Below, piece by piece: positions 38,979-51,317 of a DNA stretch of 64,000 bases. This DNA is from Octopus vulgaris (lineage: Eukaryota): assembly GCA_951406725.2 (NCBI GenBank), contig OX597815.1, positions 23,932,001 to 23,996,000 of the forward strand. The letters are read 5' to 3'. The position numbers and the translations under genes are program-made. Below the pieces are notes generated by a model. It was not told where the DNA came from. It did no database searches and saw only the letters and a list, made by a program, of their open reading frames with translations. Position 1 is the first letter of the stretch. Every line of letters starts with the position of its first letter.

Positions 38979-39209
38979 TATTTCTTTATTACCCACAAGG
39001 GGCTAAACATAGAGGGGACAAACGAGGACAGACATAGGTATTAAGTCGATTGCATCGACCCCAGTGCGTAACTGGTACTTATCTAATCGACCCCGAAAGG
39101 ATGAAAGGCAAAGTCGACCTCGGCGGAATTTGAACTCAGAACGTAACGACAGACGAAATACGGCTACGCATTTCGTCCGGCGTGCTAACGTTTCTGCCAG
39201 CTCACCACC
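38979..39209 (-). mobile_element. Full-length family C SINE with TSD
   Basis: atagagaaatacc on both flanks. Confidence 0.9.
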
Positions 39210-41249
39210 TATAGAGAAATACCGTCAACATATCGAGCTGCCACCTCAAATTTGATTTCAAATTTTGGTACAAGGTCAGCAATTAAGGGAGAGGCGGTAA
39301 GTCGATCACATCGGCTCCAGTGTTCAACTGGTACTCATTTTAACGACTCCGAAAGGGTGAAAGGTAAAGCCGAATACAGCGAAATTAGTTGCAGTCTTAA
39401 ATTAAAACATCAACTGAATACTAAACATATAAAAACTATATAATTTAATTAACCAGCAGTTAAGATCAAAAGCGAACCGCTTCCTTGAAATAAATAAAAA
39501 GAAAATAGATAAAAGAAAGGAAATCACCTGACAAATAAAAAACAAAATCCAACATAGTTTTACTCTCTAGTGTTTCTTCAAGAATTTCAAATATAAAACG
39601 ATCGCTGCTTGCTGCATTCCTCTTTGCAGTTGTTCAACATAAACATTATTCTTGGCATCGTAGCAAACAGTAAATGTTAAGCCAACAGTAGAGCAATCAG
39701 GAAGCGTGCCGCCGTTTTCTAAAATATGTATGTTTGACACGCCATGCTGCTGCTGTTGCTGCTATTGAGATGATGAAACCCTAGAGGGGATAGGCCTTAC
39801 GGCTACAATGTATAATAATGTTTATTTTATCAATGTTGCTTATATCACGCGGGTTGAAAACACCAAAGAGAAAAATGAATAAGATTTTTGCAGCTCGCGA
39901 AATGTAAGTCCCGTAACCTGTAACGACGCTAGGCAACTGAATTATTCATCAGAAATATTTGTTTCTTTTGAAATATAAGATCTCCAGTTTCTAACCCAGG
40001 AAAATGGTGACTGTTAATTATAATAACATCGCTGAAAACATTAGTATTTGTAGTATTAGTAGTAGAGTATGATATAAATGTAAATCGTATTGATCATTTG
40101 TCGCTGTCAGTGATGTAAGCGTTACATTATAACCCATGCACTGGATTGATAACGATGGCTCTCGATTTTTAGTGGTAGAATCTAATCTTTTTAGTAACGT
40201 GTAGGTTGTATGAATGAAGTTGGGAGCAATGGCAAGTTGAGGAGAATTAATTGCAGTAAAACAATGGCATTCAAGCCAAACCTCGTTTTCGTCGTCGTCG
40301 TCGTCGTCGACGTAGTTGTAATCATTATCATCGTTATCGTCATCGTCGTCGCCATGATGATCATCCTCGCCACCACTTGATAGAAAAATGGTCTGGTATC
40401 TCTTCGTGACAAATGAATTTCTGGTTGTAAAGTGTTGTTTGCCAACAAAACAGTGGCTGTAATCAGAAAGAAGACGAAAAGACTTTACATGATATTGCTT
40501 TAGTAAAAAGATACCTGTCAGTTTGGTATGTTGTTATCAGGGCGTGCTGTATTAACTGAACATAGCAAGGTTGGCAAACATATCGATTACATAGGAGTTC
40601 CTCGCCTATGCAGTTTGATTCCTCGTTCAGCTCTGAACCTTAATTATCATTATATGTTTTATGAAATCAGGGGCAGCAAGTAAGTAATAAAAAAAAAAGG
40701 AAAAAAGAAAAAACCGCCGAACAGTCGACCAATTAACTTGCAGTATTTAATTTCATTCTTCTACATTCTGAAGGTTAACTCTAACTTTCATTCTTCCAAG
40801 ATCGATAGAATAAATGTACCAGTGCAAGCTACGACAAGCGGTTTTGTTCCAGTCGTCTCAATTCAACTTGATTAATCCTACGTCAGCTCTGTTCTGACTG
40901 ACCAAACTTACGATATAGTTCGTAATAGCCGCCTTTCTTACAGACAAGGCATAGGGAAAAGCTGTGTAGTTGTGAAGTTCGCTTATGATTTTGATCCAAA
41001 TTCGTGGCACCTCAATTTTAACCAAGTTTCGCGGGTGAAATTGTCGATGAAAACTGAGGGGGAAGTTAGTTATATTGACTGTACTGTTATAGGGGGGGGG
41101 GGGGTAGTTAGATGTAATCTGTCATCAGTTTGACTACACTGTTGTTTTAATGTTTCAGTCATTGGGTTCTGGCCAAGCTGGGGCAGCACCTTAGAAACAA
41201 AAACGATGCAGTTATTGTTCTACATCAACACTTATATGTTTAGCTAAAT

Positions 41250-41362
41250 TACATATACATACACACATACATGCATACATACACACATACATACATACAT
41301 ACATACATACATACATACATACATACATACATACATACATACACACATACATACATACCTAC

Positions 41363-41393
<31 letters not shown>

Positions 41394-41419
41394 CATACAT
41401 ACATACATACATACATACA

Positions 41420-41452
<33 letters not shown>

Positions 41453-41460
41453 GCATACAT
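41250..41460. repeat. (CATA)n microsatellite
   Basis: Read directly. Confidence 0.95.
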
Positions 41461-41595
41461 ACTTCTCTTCACTCCAGATTTTCCTCCAGAAGGAGTCTAT
41501 GTCTTCTCACGAAGGAGCTTCTGTGATGTTCACTGCTTCTCTTCTCATATCTCCGTATACTGCTGCTTGATTCCGGTTGAACTTTTTGTTTATTT

Positions 41596-41949
41596 AAGTA
41601 GTTGTATACTGTCAACTTAATGTGACAGTCCCATGAAAGGAATAATATTACTGCTATTTAGCCCTGGGAAGCATCAACGCTTCCTGTCGGCCTTGACACA
41701 TTTCCTGTGTCCTTATGTTTACAAGGGGGAGATAAGCACCTTCACCCAGCTATGTCTGCTCTCAGAGACTAGTTTCTGAGTCTTTGCTCGTCATCAGTCT
41801 GGAGTAGCATGGCCTCCCTCTTGTAAACATAAGGACACAGGAAATGTGTCAAGGCCGACAGGAAGCGTTGCTGCTTCCCAGGGCTAAATAGCAGTAGTAT
41901 TATTCTCTTCATGGGACTGTCACATTAAGTTGACAGTATACAACTACTT
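41596..41949. mobile_element. Fold-back element: ~136-bp inverted arms around an ~82-nt loop containing a hammerhead motif
   Basis: Arms 41596-41731 and 41814-41949 differ at about 5 positions. Confidence 0.85.
41757..41809 (-). ncRNA. Minimal type I hammerhead ribozyme (Penelope-type)
   Basis: UGCUACUCCAGA-CUGAUGA-CGAG-CAAAGA-CUCA-GAAA-CUAG-UC|UCUGAGAGCA: canonical core, GUC cleavage triplet, stem I CAGA/UCUG plus UGCU/AGCA, palindromic ACUAGU in place of stem III. Confidence 0.75.
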
Positions 41950-41962
41950 TATCGTATCACTA

Positions 41963-42274
41963 GTGGAGGCTCATGACCTAGTGGTTAGAGCAGCGGACTC
42001 GCGGTCGAGGGATCGCAGGTTCGAATCTCAGACCGGGCGATGTGTGTGACTAAGAGCGAAAACACCTAAGCTCCACGCGGCTCCGGCAGAAGGTAATGGC
42101 AGAACTTCTGCTGACTCTTTTGCCACAAATTTCTCTCACTCTTTCCTCCTGCATCTTTCAGCTCACCTGCGACGGACCGGCGTCCCGTCCAGGTGGGGAA
42201 CCTATACGCCAAGAAACCAGGAAACCTTATGAGCCAGGCATGGCTCGAGAAGGAAGAAATGTAAAATGTAAATG
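41963..42274 (+). mobile_element. tRNA-headed SINE (family A2, V-domain-like body) with 14-bp TSD
   Basis: ggttcgaatc B box, cctgcgacggaccggcgtcccgtccagg body; TSD ttatcgtatcacta at 41949-41962 and 42275-42288. Confidence 0.88.
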
Positions 42275-43261
42275 TTATCGTATCACTACTGCATAAATCT
42301 CTCTGAGAGATTTAAAAATGTATTATTTCTATTTTTGTTTATTGTTTTTCTGTAATTATTTAGATTAAGCCTCCGCTCGCTATATAATTTGATATACTTA
42401 TTTGATATGCTGTATATACTTCAGCAGCGCATTAACCATGGTTTTCACACTTTTCCACAGAATTCTGGAAGCCCTGCAAAAGATTATTATAGACATAACC
42501 GTTTTACCTCTGACTAAATCATAAAAAGCCATAATGTGTCTATGACTACATTAATCGATATGTGTTTTCTTTTTAATAGATCAAGTGTGATTTGAAGAAG
42601 ATTTGTTGGCTATTTCCTAGAAATAAACCGATCGACCGTGTAGAGTAGATGTTATCAACGTGGGCGGTATTGCTAGGTCTGTCGAAGTTACTATACTAAA
42701 TTTTACCTCTAGTAGTAATTATATTATACATGATAAAACTAGTAATGGTTATCAAAATAAAATGAGATCCTATCAGGCGCAGAGAAGTCATTAACTTGCA
42801 TTGTATAAAGTGAATTTACAACGTTTGTCCTTATTAGTTTATCGTTTCACTATTAAAAGCTCATACAATCCATTTTTAGAGCAAAATTTATGAATTATCG
42901 CCCACGTTTAGTTTAGTCGTGATACTTCGCTCGAAACTTAGGTGGGCACTAGACATAACAAGTGCTTAAATAGAAATAGACGGGTGAGAAAGAGATGAGG
43001 GTGAAGCATATTTACTTGTATGCCTGTCATATATGTGCATGTGTGTATGTGTATATTGCATATCATGTTATAAAGCATTAATAGTAGTTTGTGCATTTGA
43101 ATTAAACGTGTAACATGATTTCTGCTCTTCTACGTAAATTTTATTGTGAAAGAATCTATGTTCCAAAGCTAACGTTTTTTTACCGTTTAATCGTACAAAA
43201 AAAAAAGTTGGGGGTTACAAACCACTGGTTTAGCGACTCCTTTGTTGGGTGGTAGGTTTAA

Positions 43262-43481
43262 CCTTTTAGTATTTAAACCGGTCATATCAGGCCAAAATAT
43301 TCACCCTGTTTTACATTCAAACAGGCCACATCGAGCCTGTCGTACCTATCCTACAATGTCATTCTAGAAATAAACAATCACATCATCGAAATCTTGAAGC
43401 TACAAGATAATGTGGGATTAATTCAAAATAATGTAAATAAATAAGCATTACATTTGACAGAATAATCCGAATGATAAAGGG
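43262..43481. mobile_element. piggyBac-like MITE
   Basis: TTAA flanks; reverse complement of 15880-16098. Confidence 0.8.
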
Positions 43482-43552
43482 TTAAAAGTTTCACAAATCT
43501 CAGCTATTGCAGAAAAGTACTATATTCCTGCAGTTCTTTCCCGAACTTACAC

Positions 43553-43990
43553 TTTTACTTGTTTTAGTCATTTGACTGTGGCCATGCTGGAGCACCGCCT
43601 TTAGTCGAGCGAATCGACCCCACCCAGGACTTATTCTTTGTAAGTTTAGTACTTATTCTATCGGTTTCTTTTGCCGAACCGCTAAGTTACGGGGATGCAA
43701 AAACACCAGCATCGGTTGTCAAGCGATGTTGGGGGGACAAACACAGACACACAAACATATGCACACACGCACGCACGCACATACACACACACACACTCAC
43801 ACACACACACACACACTCACACACACATATATATACATATATACGACGGACTTCCTTCAGTTTCCGTCTACCAAATCCACTCAAAAGGCATTGGTCGGCC
43901 CGAGGCTATAGTAGAAGACACTTGCTCAAGGTGCCACGCAGTGGGACTGAACTCGGAACCATGTGGTTGGTAAGCAAGCTACTTACACTA
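43553..43990 (-). mobile_element. CORE-type SINE (family B)
   Basis: Matches the family; first ~15 nt of the head missing. Confidence 0.88.
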
Positions 43991-44059
43991 AACACCACAA
44001 GGTTATCATTTAACTCCAATCTCTATATTGTTGAACGAATATCATAAGATGATAATATA

Positions 44060-44229
44060 GGCGCAGGAGTGGCTGTGTGGTAAGTAACTTGTTTATCAAC
44101 CACATGGATCCGGGTTCAGTCCTACTGCGTGGCATCTTGGGCAAGTGTCTTCTACTATAGCCTCGTGTGAACAAAGCCTTGTGAGTGGATTTGGTAGGCG
44201 GAAACTGAAGGAAGCCTGTCGTGTATATG

Positions 44230-44277
<48 letters not shown>

Positions 44278-44485
44278 TATGTCTGTGTTTGTCCCCACAA
44301 AATCGCTTGACAACCGATGCTGGTGTGTTCATGTTCCTGTAACTTAGCGGTTCGGCAAAAGAGACCGATATAATAAGTACTAGGCTTACAAAGAATAAGT
44401 CCTGGGGTCGATTTGCTCGACTAAAGGCGGTGCTCCAGTATGGCCGCAGTCAAATGACTGAAACAAGTAAAAAAAGAAAAAGAAA
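44060..44485 (+). mobile_element. CORE-type SINE (family B)
   Basis: Full head to tail; head-to-head with the previous copy. Confidence 0.9.
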
Positions 44486-44853
44486 GTACATATAACTAGG
44501 TGATCTGAGAAACAAACGCATGGTGTGCAACAACCATTTAATGGATTTTGAAAGCCAAAGCTTTCACCAAATGAGAAACTGTAAATGTTGTAGTCTCTGC
44601 TGTAAGGTGGTTGATTAACAGCACCTAGGGAAAATTTTCTTGTAACATTTTTGTTCCGGTTTTCTACGCTCTAAGTTCAATTCCCGCCGTAGCCAGCTTC
44701 CCTTTTATCTTTTGGGAGTTGATAAAAGTACCAGTTCAAAGTGTTGCTCTTCCCTCTACGACTAAACGGGTAAAAAAAAAGGAAAGAACAAAAAAGCTGG
44801 CTTCTGTTTGTTTCAGTATAAAACTGTATCATAGAGGTATGTTTAGGAACATA

Positions 44854-45131
44854 TAGGAGCACTCCGTCGGTTACGACGAGGAGGGTCCCAGCTGATACGA
44901 TCAACGGAACAGCTGCTGACCCTTTGAAATACATGTACAACAGAAACAGGAAGAAAGAGTGAGAGAAAGTTGTGGTGAAAGAGTACAGCAGGGTTCACCA
45001 CCATCCCCTGCCTCGTGAAGCTTTAAGTGTTTTCGCTCAATAAACACTCACAATGCCCGGTCTGGGAATCGAAACCGCGATCCTACGACCGCGAGTCCGC
45101 TGCCCTAACCACTGGGCCATTGCGCCTCCAC
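44854..45131 (-). mobile_element. Family A SINE (internal deletion) with 13-bp TSD
   Basis: TSD gtttaggaacata at 44841-44853 and 45132-45144; homologous to 386-762. Confidence 0.88.
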
Positions 45132-45622
45132 GTTTAGGAACATAGATTCTTTCACAATAAAATTTACGTAGAAGAACAGAAATCATGTTACACGTTTAAT
45201 TCAAATGCACAAGCTACTATTAATGCTTTATAACCTGTTATGCAATATACACATACACACATGCTCATATATGACAGGCATACATGTAAATATACTTCAC
45301 CCTCATGTCTTTCTCACCCGTCTAATTTCTATTTATTTATCTTTGGCGAAAGATTAGCAGAGTCGTTATAAAATCGGATAGACCCGCAAAGGTAAACTTT
45401 GTTTTTTTTTCTTGCAAGGTCAAGAAAATTGCAAATCAACTTACAGGTTTGTTTAATATTGGTTTGAAATTTTGACACAAGGCCAGCAATTTCGTGGAAA
45501 GGGACTAGTCGATTACACTGGCTCCAGTCAATCACTGGTACCTATTTTATCGATCTCGGAAGGATAAAAGACAAAGTCGACTTCGGCGAAATTTGAACTT
45601 AGAACGTAAAGACGACGAAACA

Positions 45623-47275
45623 CCTATTTCTATTTCTTTATTACCCACAAGGGGCTAAACATAGAGGGGACAAACAAGGACAGACATAGGTATTAAGTCG
45701 ATTACATTGACCCCAGTGCGTAACTGGTACTTAATTTATCGACCCCGAAAGGATGAAAGGCAAAGTCGACCTCGGCGGAATTTGAACTCACAACGTAACG
45801 CAGACGAAACACCTATTTCTATTTCTTTATTACCCACAAGGGGCTAAACATAGAGGGGACAAACAAGGACAGACATAGGTATTAAGTCGATTACATCGAC
45901 CCCAGTGCGTAACTGGTACTTAATTTATCGACCCCGAAAGGATGAAAGTCGACCTCGGCGGAATTTGAACTCACAAACATAACGCAGACGAAATACCTAT
46001 TTCTATTTCTTTATTACCCACAAGGGGCTAAACATAGAGGGGACAAACAAGGACAGACAAGGTATTAAGTCGATTACATCGACCCCAGTGCGTAACTGGT
46101 ACTTAATTTATCGACCCCGAAAGGATGAAAGGTAAAGTCGACCTCGGCGGAATTTGAACTCACAACATAACGCAGACGAAATACCTATTTCTATTTCTTT
46201 ATTACCCACAAGGGGCTAAACATAGAGGGGACAAACAAGGACAGACATAGGTATTAAGTCGATTACATCGACCCCAGTGCGTAACTGGTACTTAATTTAT
46301 CGACCCCGAAAGGATGAAAGGTAAAGTCGACCTCGGCGGAATTTGAACTCAGAACATAACGCAGACGAAATACCTTATTTCTATTTCTTTATTACCCACA
46401 AGGGGCTAAACATAGAGGGGACAAACAAGGACAGACATAGGTATTAAGTCGATTACATCGACCCCAGTGCGTAACTGGTACTTAATTTATCGACCCCGAA
46501 AGGATGAAAGGTAAAGTCGACCTCGGCGGAATTTGAACTCAGAACATAACGCAGACGAAATACCTATTTCTATTTCTTTATTACCCACAAGGGGCTAAAC
46601 ATAGAGGGGACAAACAAGGACAGACATAAGGTATTAAGTCGATTACATCGACCCCAGTGCGAAACTGGTACTTAATTTATCGACCCCGAAAGGATGAAAG
46701 GTAAAGTCGACCTCGGCGGAATTTGAACTCAGAACATAACGCAGACGAAATACCTATTTCTATTTCTTTATTACCCACAAGGGGCTAAACATAGAGGGGA
46801 CAAACAAGGACAGACAAAGGTATAAGTCGATTACATCGACCCCAGTGCGTAACTGGTACTTAATTTATCGACCCCGAAAGGATGAAAGGCAAAGTCGACC
46901 TCGGCGGAATTTGAACTCACAACGTAACGCAGACGAAACACCTATTTCTATTTCTTTATTACCCACAAGGGGCTAAACATAGAGGGGACAAACAAGGACA
47001 GACATAGGTATTAAGTCGATTACATCGACTCCAGTGCGTAACCTATTCCTCTATTACCCACAAGGGGCTAAACACAGAGGGGACAAACAAGGACAGACAA
47101 AGGTATTAAATCGATTACATCGACCCCAGTGCGTAACTGGTACTTAATTTATCGACCCCGAAAGGATGAAAGGCAAAGTCGACCTCGGCGGAATTTGAAC
47201 TCACAACGTAACGGCAGACGAAATACGGCTACGCATTTCGCCGACGTGCTAACGTTTCTGCCAGTTCGCCGCCTT
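45623..47275 (-). repeat. Tandem array of family C SINE bodies: 7 headless ~184-190-bp units, one partial unit and one full-length copy
   Basis: Unit starts (cctatttctatttc) at 45623, 45812, 45996, 46184, 46373, 46563, 46753 and 46941; full copy at 47042-47275; an older diverged body at about 45465-45622. Confidence 0.93.
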
Positions 47276-47536
47276 CCCTCGTTTATTGTTCTTATAAAAT
47301 ATGCAAATGGAATTTATAATAGATGTGAATCTATTATAAATGTAATTGTAATTTTAAATGAAAGTTCTATCTAAAATATGGTTCCTTTAGCCACCATACT
47401 TTAATCTATTCTCTTACTTGTTCTTCACACACTTTCTGGTTGTTCTGTGTAACTATTTTGACATGCTTAAAACGACCTACCATTTAAAAGTAGGTGCCTG
47501 GTTGATAAAGATACAGAGAAAACTATATAAAAAGAA

Positions 47537-47847
<311 letters not shown>

Positions 47848-48131
47848 TGCTAGTGATTCAAAATGGAAAAGCAACCATAAAGGAAGTAAATTAAAATATC
47901 GCAACAGTGGACAATTGTAACATTTAAACGATGTCTCAAGCTAAAAGAATGCAGTTATTTTTAAGATTCAACGTAAAGGTTTCGTCTGTATCATCTGTTG
48001 CTTTTCACTGATGATGACGATGATGATGGTGCAATAAAATAAATAAATAAATACGACTGTTGAAACAGAAAAACAACCAGGCCTCAACTATGCCTTTAGT
48101 TGCTTATAATTCCTACCTTTTTTCTCAGTCC

Positions 48132-48180
<49 letters not shown>

Positions 48181-48192
48181 CCCCTATATATT

Positions 48193-48226
<34 letters not shown>

Positions 48227-48849
48227 TCTGTCTCTCTGTCTGTCTGTCTGGACCCGTAAATAAACCGAAACTTTGTAAAATGTTTCAGACCAGTGTCAGT
48301 TGAGAGTAAACAGTTTGATCGGGATATAAGTCGGAGTTGGGAAATAGAAACGATACAGTTATTGAAAAGGGTAAAAACAACAACAACAACAAAAAACACC
48401 AAAAACATAACAGCATCAAGAAGAAGAAGAAGAAGAACAACAACAACAACTTTCAGTCGAAATCAGAGACGTTAGAAACGAGTTAAAGACGGAATGGGAT
48501 TTTGAAGGAGAGGAATCTAGTGAGGTCATGTATGCATAAAAACCAGATAAAAATAACTCGCAACTTACTTATGAAAAAAGGAAGTGTCAGTTGATGTGAA
48601 CTGGTCAATGTTATTGATGATGTTGCTGTTGTTGGCACTGCTTGGGTTGTTTATGTTGTTGCTGTTATTGATGGTGGGCGTAAATAGTGGAAATGGTATT
48701 CGAACCCCATAAAGTATTTTTGCATATACCAAAGCTTGTTGTCATCTATTTTGAATTGACTGGCTTTTTTGTTGTACATAAATGACCAAGGAATGTATTT
48801 CCTTCATAGAGTGAAGGAAGTAAGGACGGTGTATTTGATATCTTTATAA

Positions 48850-49570
48850 CATGCTACAATGACAGCTGTAATACAATTCTACAGTGACATCTGTATAACA
48901 TGCTATAGTGATATCTGTATAACATGCTATAGGACATCATGCTCGAAATTGTCAGTGGCAAGAGAGGAAGAGGCCGACCAAGAACCCGCTGGCTTGACAC
49001 CATCAAGAGTGATACCGGAATGGACATAGCCAATCTGAAAGAAGCGGTCCAGGATAGAACTGACTGGAGGACACTGATCCAACGAGTGATCGAGAGTCGA
49101 CTTCGACTGAGCGGATAGAGAGAGAGAGTGATATCTGGAGTACATGCCATAGTGACATCAGTAATACAAGCCATAGATTTCTGTAATACATGCTAGTGAC
49201 ATCTGGAAAACATATTTCAATGACATGTGACACATACTACAAGAAAGAACATGTGATAATACTACAATTGTATCTGTAATACATGCTACGGTGACATCTG
49301 TAGTAACATCTGTATAATATGCAACAATGATATTTGTATTAAAAAAAAGCTACAGTAACATCCGTAATACATGCTAGAGACATCTGCAATATATGCTACA
49401 CTGATATCTGTATTTCATGTTACAATAACATCTGTAATACATCTGTATTACATCTGTAATACATCTGTATTACATCTGTATTACATCTGTAATACATCTG
49501 TACATGCTGCAATGACATCTGTATAACATGCTTTAGTAAAGTTTGTATTACCTACGGCAATGACATCGGT
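48850..49570. repeat. Degenerate ~24-bp minisatellite (gtgacatctgtaatacatgctaca); related tract at about 52330-52610
   Basis: The motif and its 11-bp sub-unit catctgta(a/t)ta recur. Confidence 0.8.
48933..49127 (+). mobile_element. RTE (BovB-like) LINE 3' end with (AG)n tail
   Basis: DIMLEIVSGKRGRGRPRTRWLDTIKSDTGMDIANLKEAVQDRTDWRTLIQRVIESRLRLSG*. Confidence 0.85.
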
Positions 49571-49831
49571 AATTTGAATTTTCATTGGATTAATCTAGTG
49601 GAAGGAATGTGCTCACAACTTTTCGCTGATCCTTAAAGACCAACGGGAATAATTAATATAACTTTTCTCTTGAACAATCGTAAGTTGACAGCTGTAAGAA
49701 AAATGTATGCAGGAAGGTAATTCTAAAGAGCGACGTCATGGGAAAGTAGGACTAGGTGTAGAAGTTAGTGCAGAACTTGGAGGTGGGGAAAGCACAAAAT
49801 ATATATAGCAAGAGAGAGAGACAGAGAGAGG

Positions 49832-49892
<61 letters not shown>

Positions 49893-49923
49893 GTAGAGAT
49901 GGCATTCGAGATTTGTGAATACC

Positions 49924-50155
49924 TATTTCTTTATTACCCACAAGGGGCTAAACATAGAGGGGACAAACATGGACAGACATAGGTATTAAGTCGATTACAT
50001 CGACCCCAGTGCGTAACTGATACTTTATTTATCGACCCCGAAAGGATGAAAGGCAAAGTCGACCTCGGCGGAATTTGAACTCACAACGTAACGGCAGACG
50101 AAATACCGTTAAGCATTTCGTCCGGCGTGCTAACGTTTCTGCCAGCTCGCCGCCC
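49924..50155 (-). mobile_element. Full-length family C SINE
   Basis: tgtgaatacc on both flanks. Confidence 0.9.
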
Positions 50156-50393
50156 TAATATCTGTGAATACCGAGGAACATTGGCCCTCTGTAGGAGTGT
50201 GGTTGGAAAGACAGAGGGAGAAGCGAGAATATCTATAGACTAGTTAAAGTATGTTCGAGAAAAACTCCATATCAGTCAGTCGAGTGATATTTCTTGAGGT
50301 AGTCTTGAATGTCAGCGTGTTCAGCAACAGCACTGTCCCAGATGTAGGAACAGTAGACTATTGTAGGTTGTACCTAAGTTTTGTAGATGGCTG

Positions 50394-50705
50394 TGTGGAG
50401 GCACATGGCCTAGTGGTTAGAGCAGCGGACTCGCGGTCGAGGGATCGTGGGTTCGAATCTAAGACCGGACGATGTGTGTGTTAATGAGCGAAGCACCTAA
50501 GCTCCACGCGGCTCCGGTAGAATGTAATGGCGAAACTTCTGCTGACTCTTCCGCCACAACTTTCTCTCACTCTTTCCTCCTGCATCTTGCAGCTCACCTG
50601 CGACGGACCGGCGTCCTGTCCAGGTGGGTAACCTATACGCCAAGAAACCGGGAAACCGGCCCTTATGAGCCAGGCATGGCTCGAGAAGGAACAAACAAAA
50701 AAAAA
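50394..50705 (+). mobile_element. Family A2 SINE with 14-bp TSD
   Basis: TSD tttgtagatggctg at 50380-50393 and 50706-50719. Confidence 0.9.
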
Positions 50706-51014
50706 TTTGTAGATGGCTGGTAGTTTAAATATTTTCTGAACTTGAAGAGGAAGGCAAGCCTTTAATATGCAGTTATTTGCTACAATGATTATGTGTGTTC
50801 GCTAGGTGGGATCCTAGGTGATGAAGAGGCCCAGCATTTGTAGCAAGCAGAACTCTAGTAGCATGTTATTCATGTATGGGAGAGGGGAAAGTCATCTTTC
50901 TTTGATACAAGCAATGGTTGTGTCTTTCTACTGTTAGAGGAGATAAGATTAGTTTGACCTAATTGGAGGATGTGTTCGATATCTCTGTTCATAGAAACAG
51001 TGTAGGTTTTTGGC

Positions 51015-51317
51015 TTTTTTTGTTTGCTCCTTCTCGAGCCATGCCTGGCTCATAAGGGCCGGTTTCTCGGTTTCTTGGTGTATAGGTTCCCCACCTGGAC
51101 GGGACGCCGGTCCGTCGCAGGTGAGCTGCAAGATGCAGGAGGAAAGAGTGAGAAAAAGTTGTGGCAAAAGAGTCAGCAGAAGTTCGCCATTATTTTCTGT
51201 CGGAGCCGCGTGGAGCTTAGGTGTTTTCGCTCATAAACACACACACACATCGCCCGGTCTGAGATTCGAACCCGCGATCCCTCAACCGCGAGTCCGCTGC
51301 TCTAACCACTAGGCCAT
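51015..51317 (-). mobile_element. Family A2 SINE
   Basis: Reverse complement of 50394-50705; gtgtaggttt..ggc on both flanks. Confidence 0.9.

Larger units (their letters stand above)
42967..45334. repeat. Inverted duplication, arms about 42967-43164 and 45137-45334
   Basis: gacgggtgagaaa...gtgaaagaatctatgttcc is present as its reverse complement ~2 kb downstream. Confidence 0.9.

Noticed and set aside
39480-40660. CpG-richer, repeat-poor block as a promoter or first exon
   Set aside because: No ORF, splice pattern or promoter motif that I can support from sequence alone.
45623-47275. CRISPR-like or msDNA-like regular array
   Set aside because: The units are near-identical SINE bodies with no unique spacers, no cas genes are present, and the context is eukaryotic.
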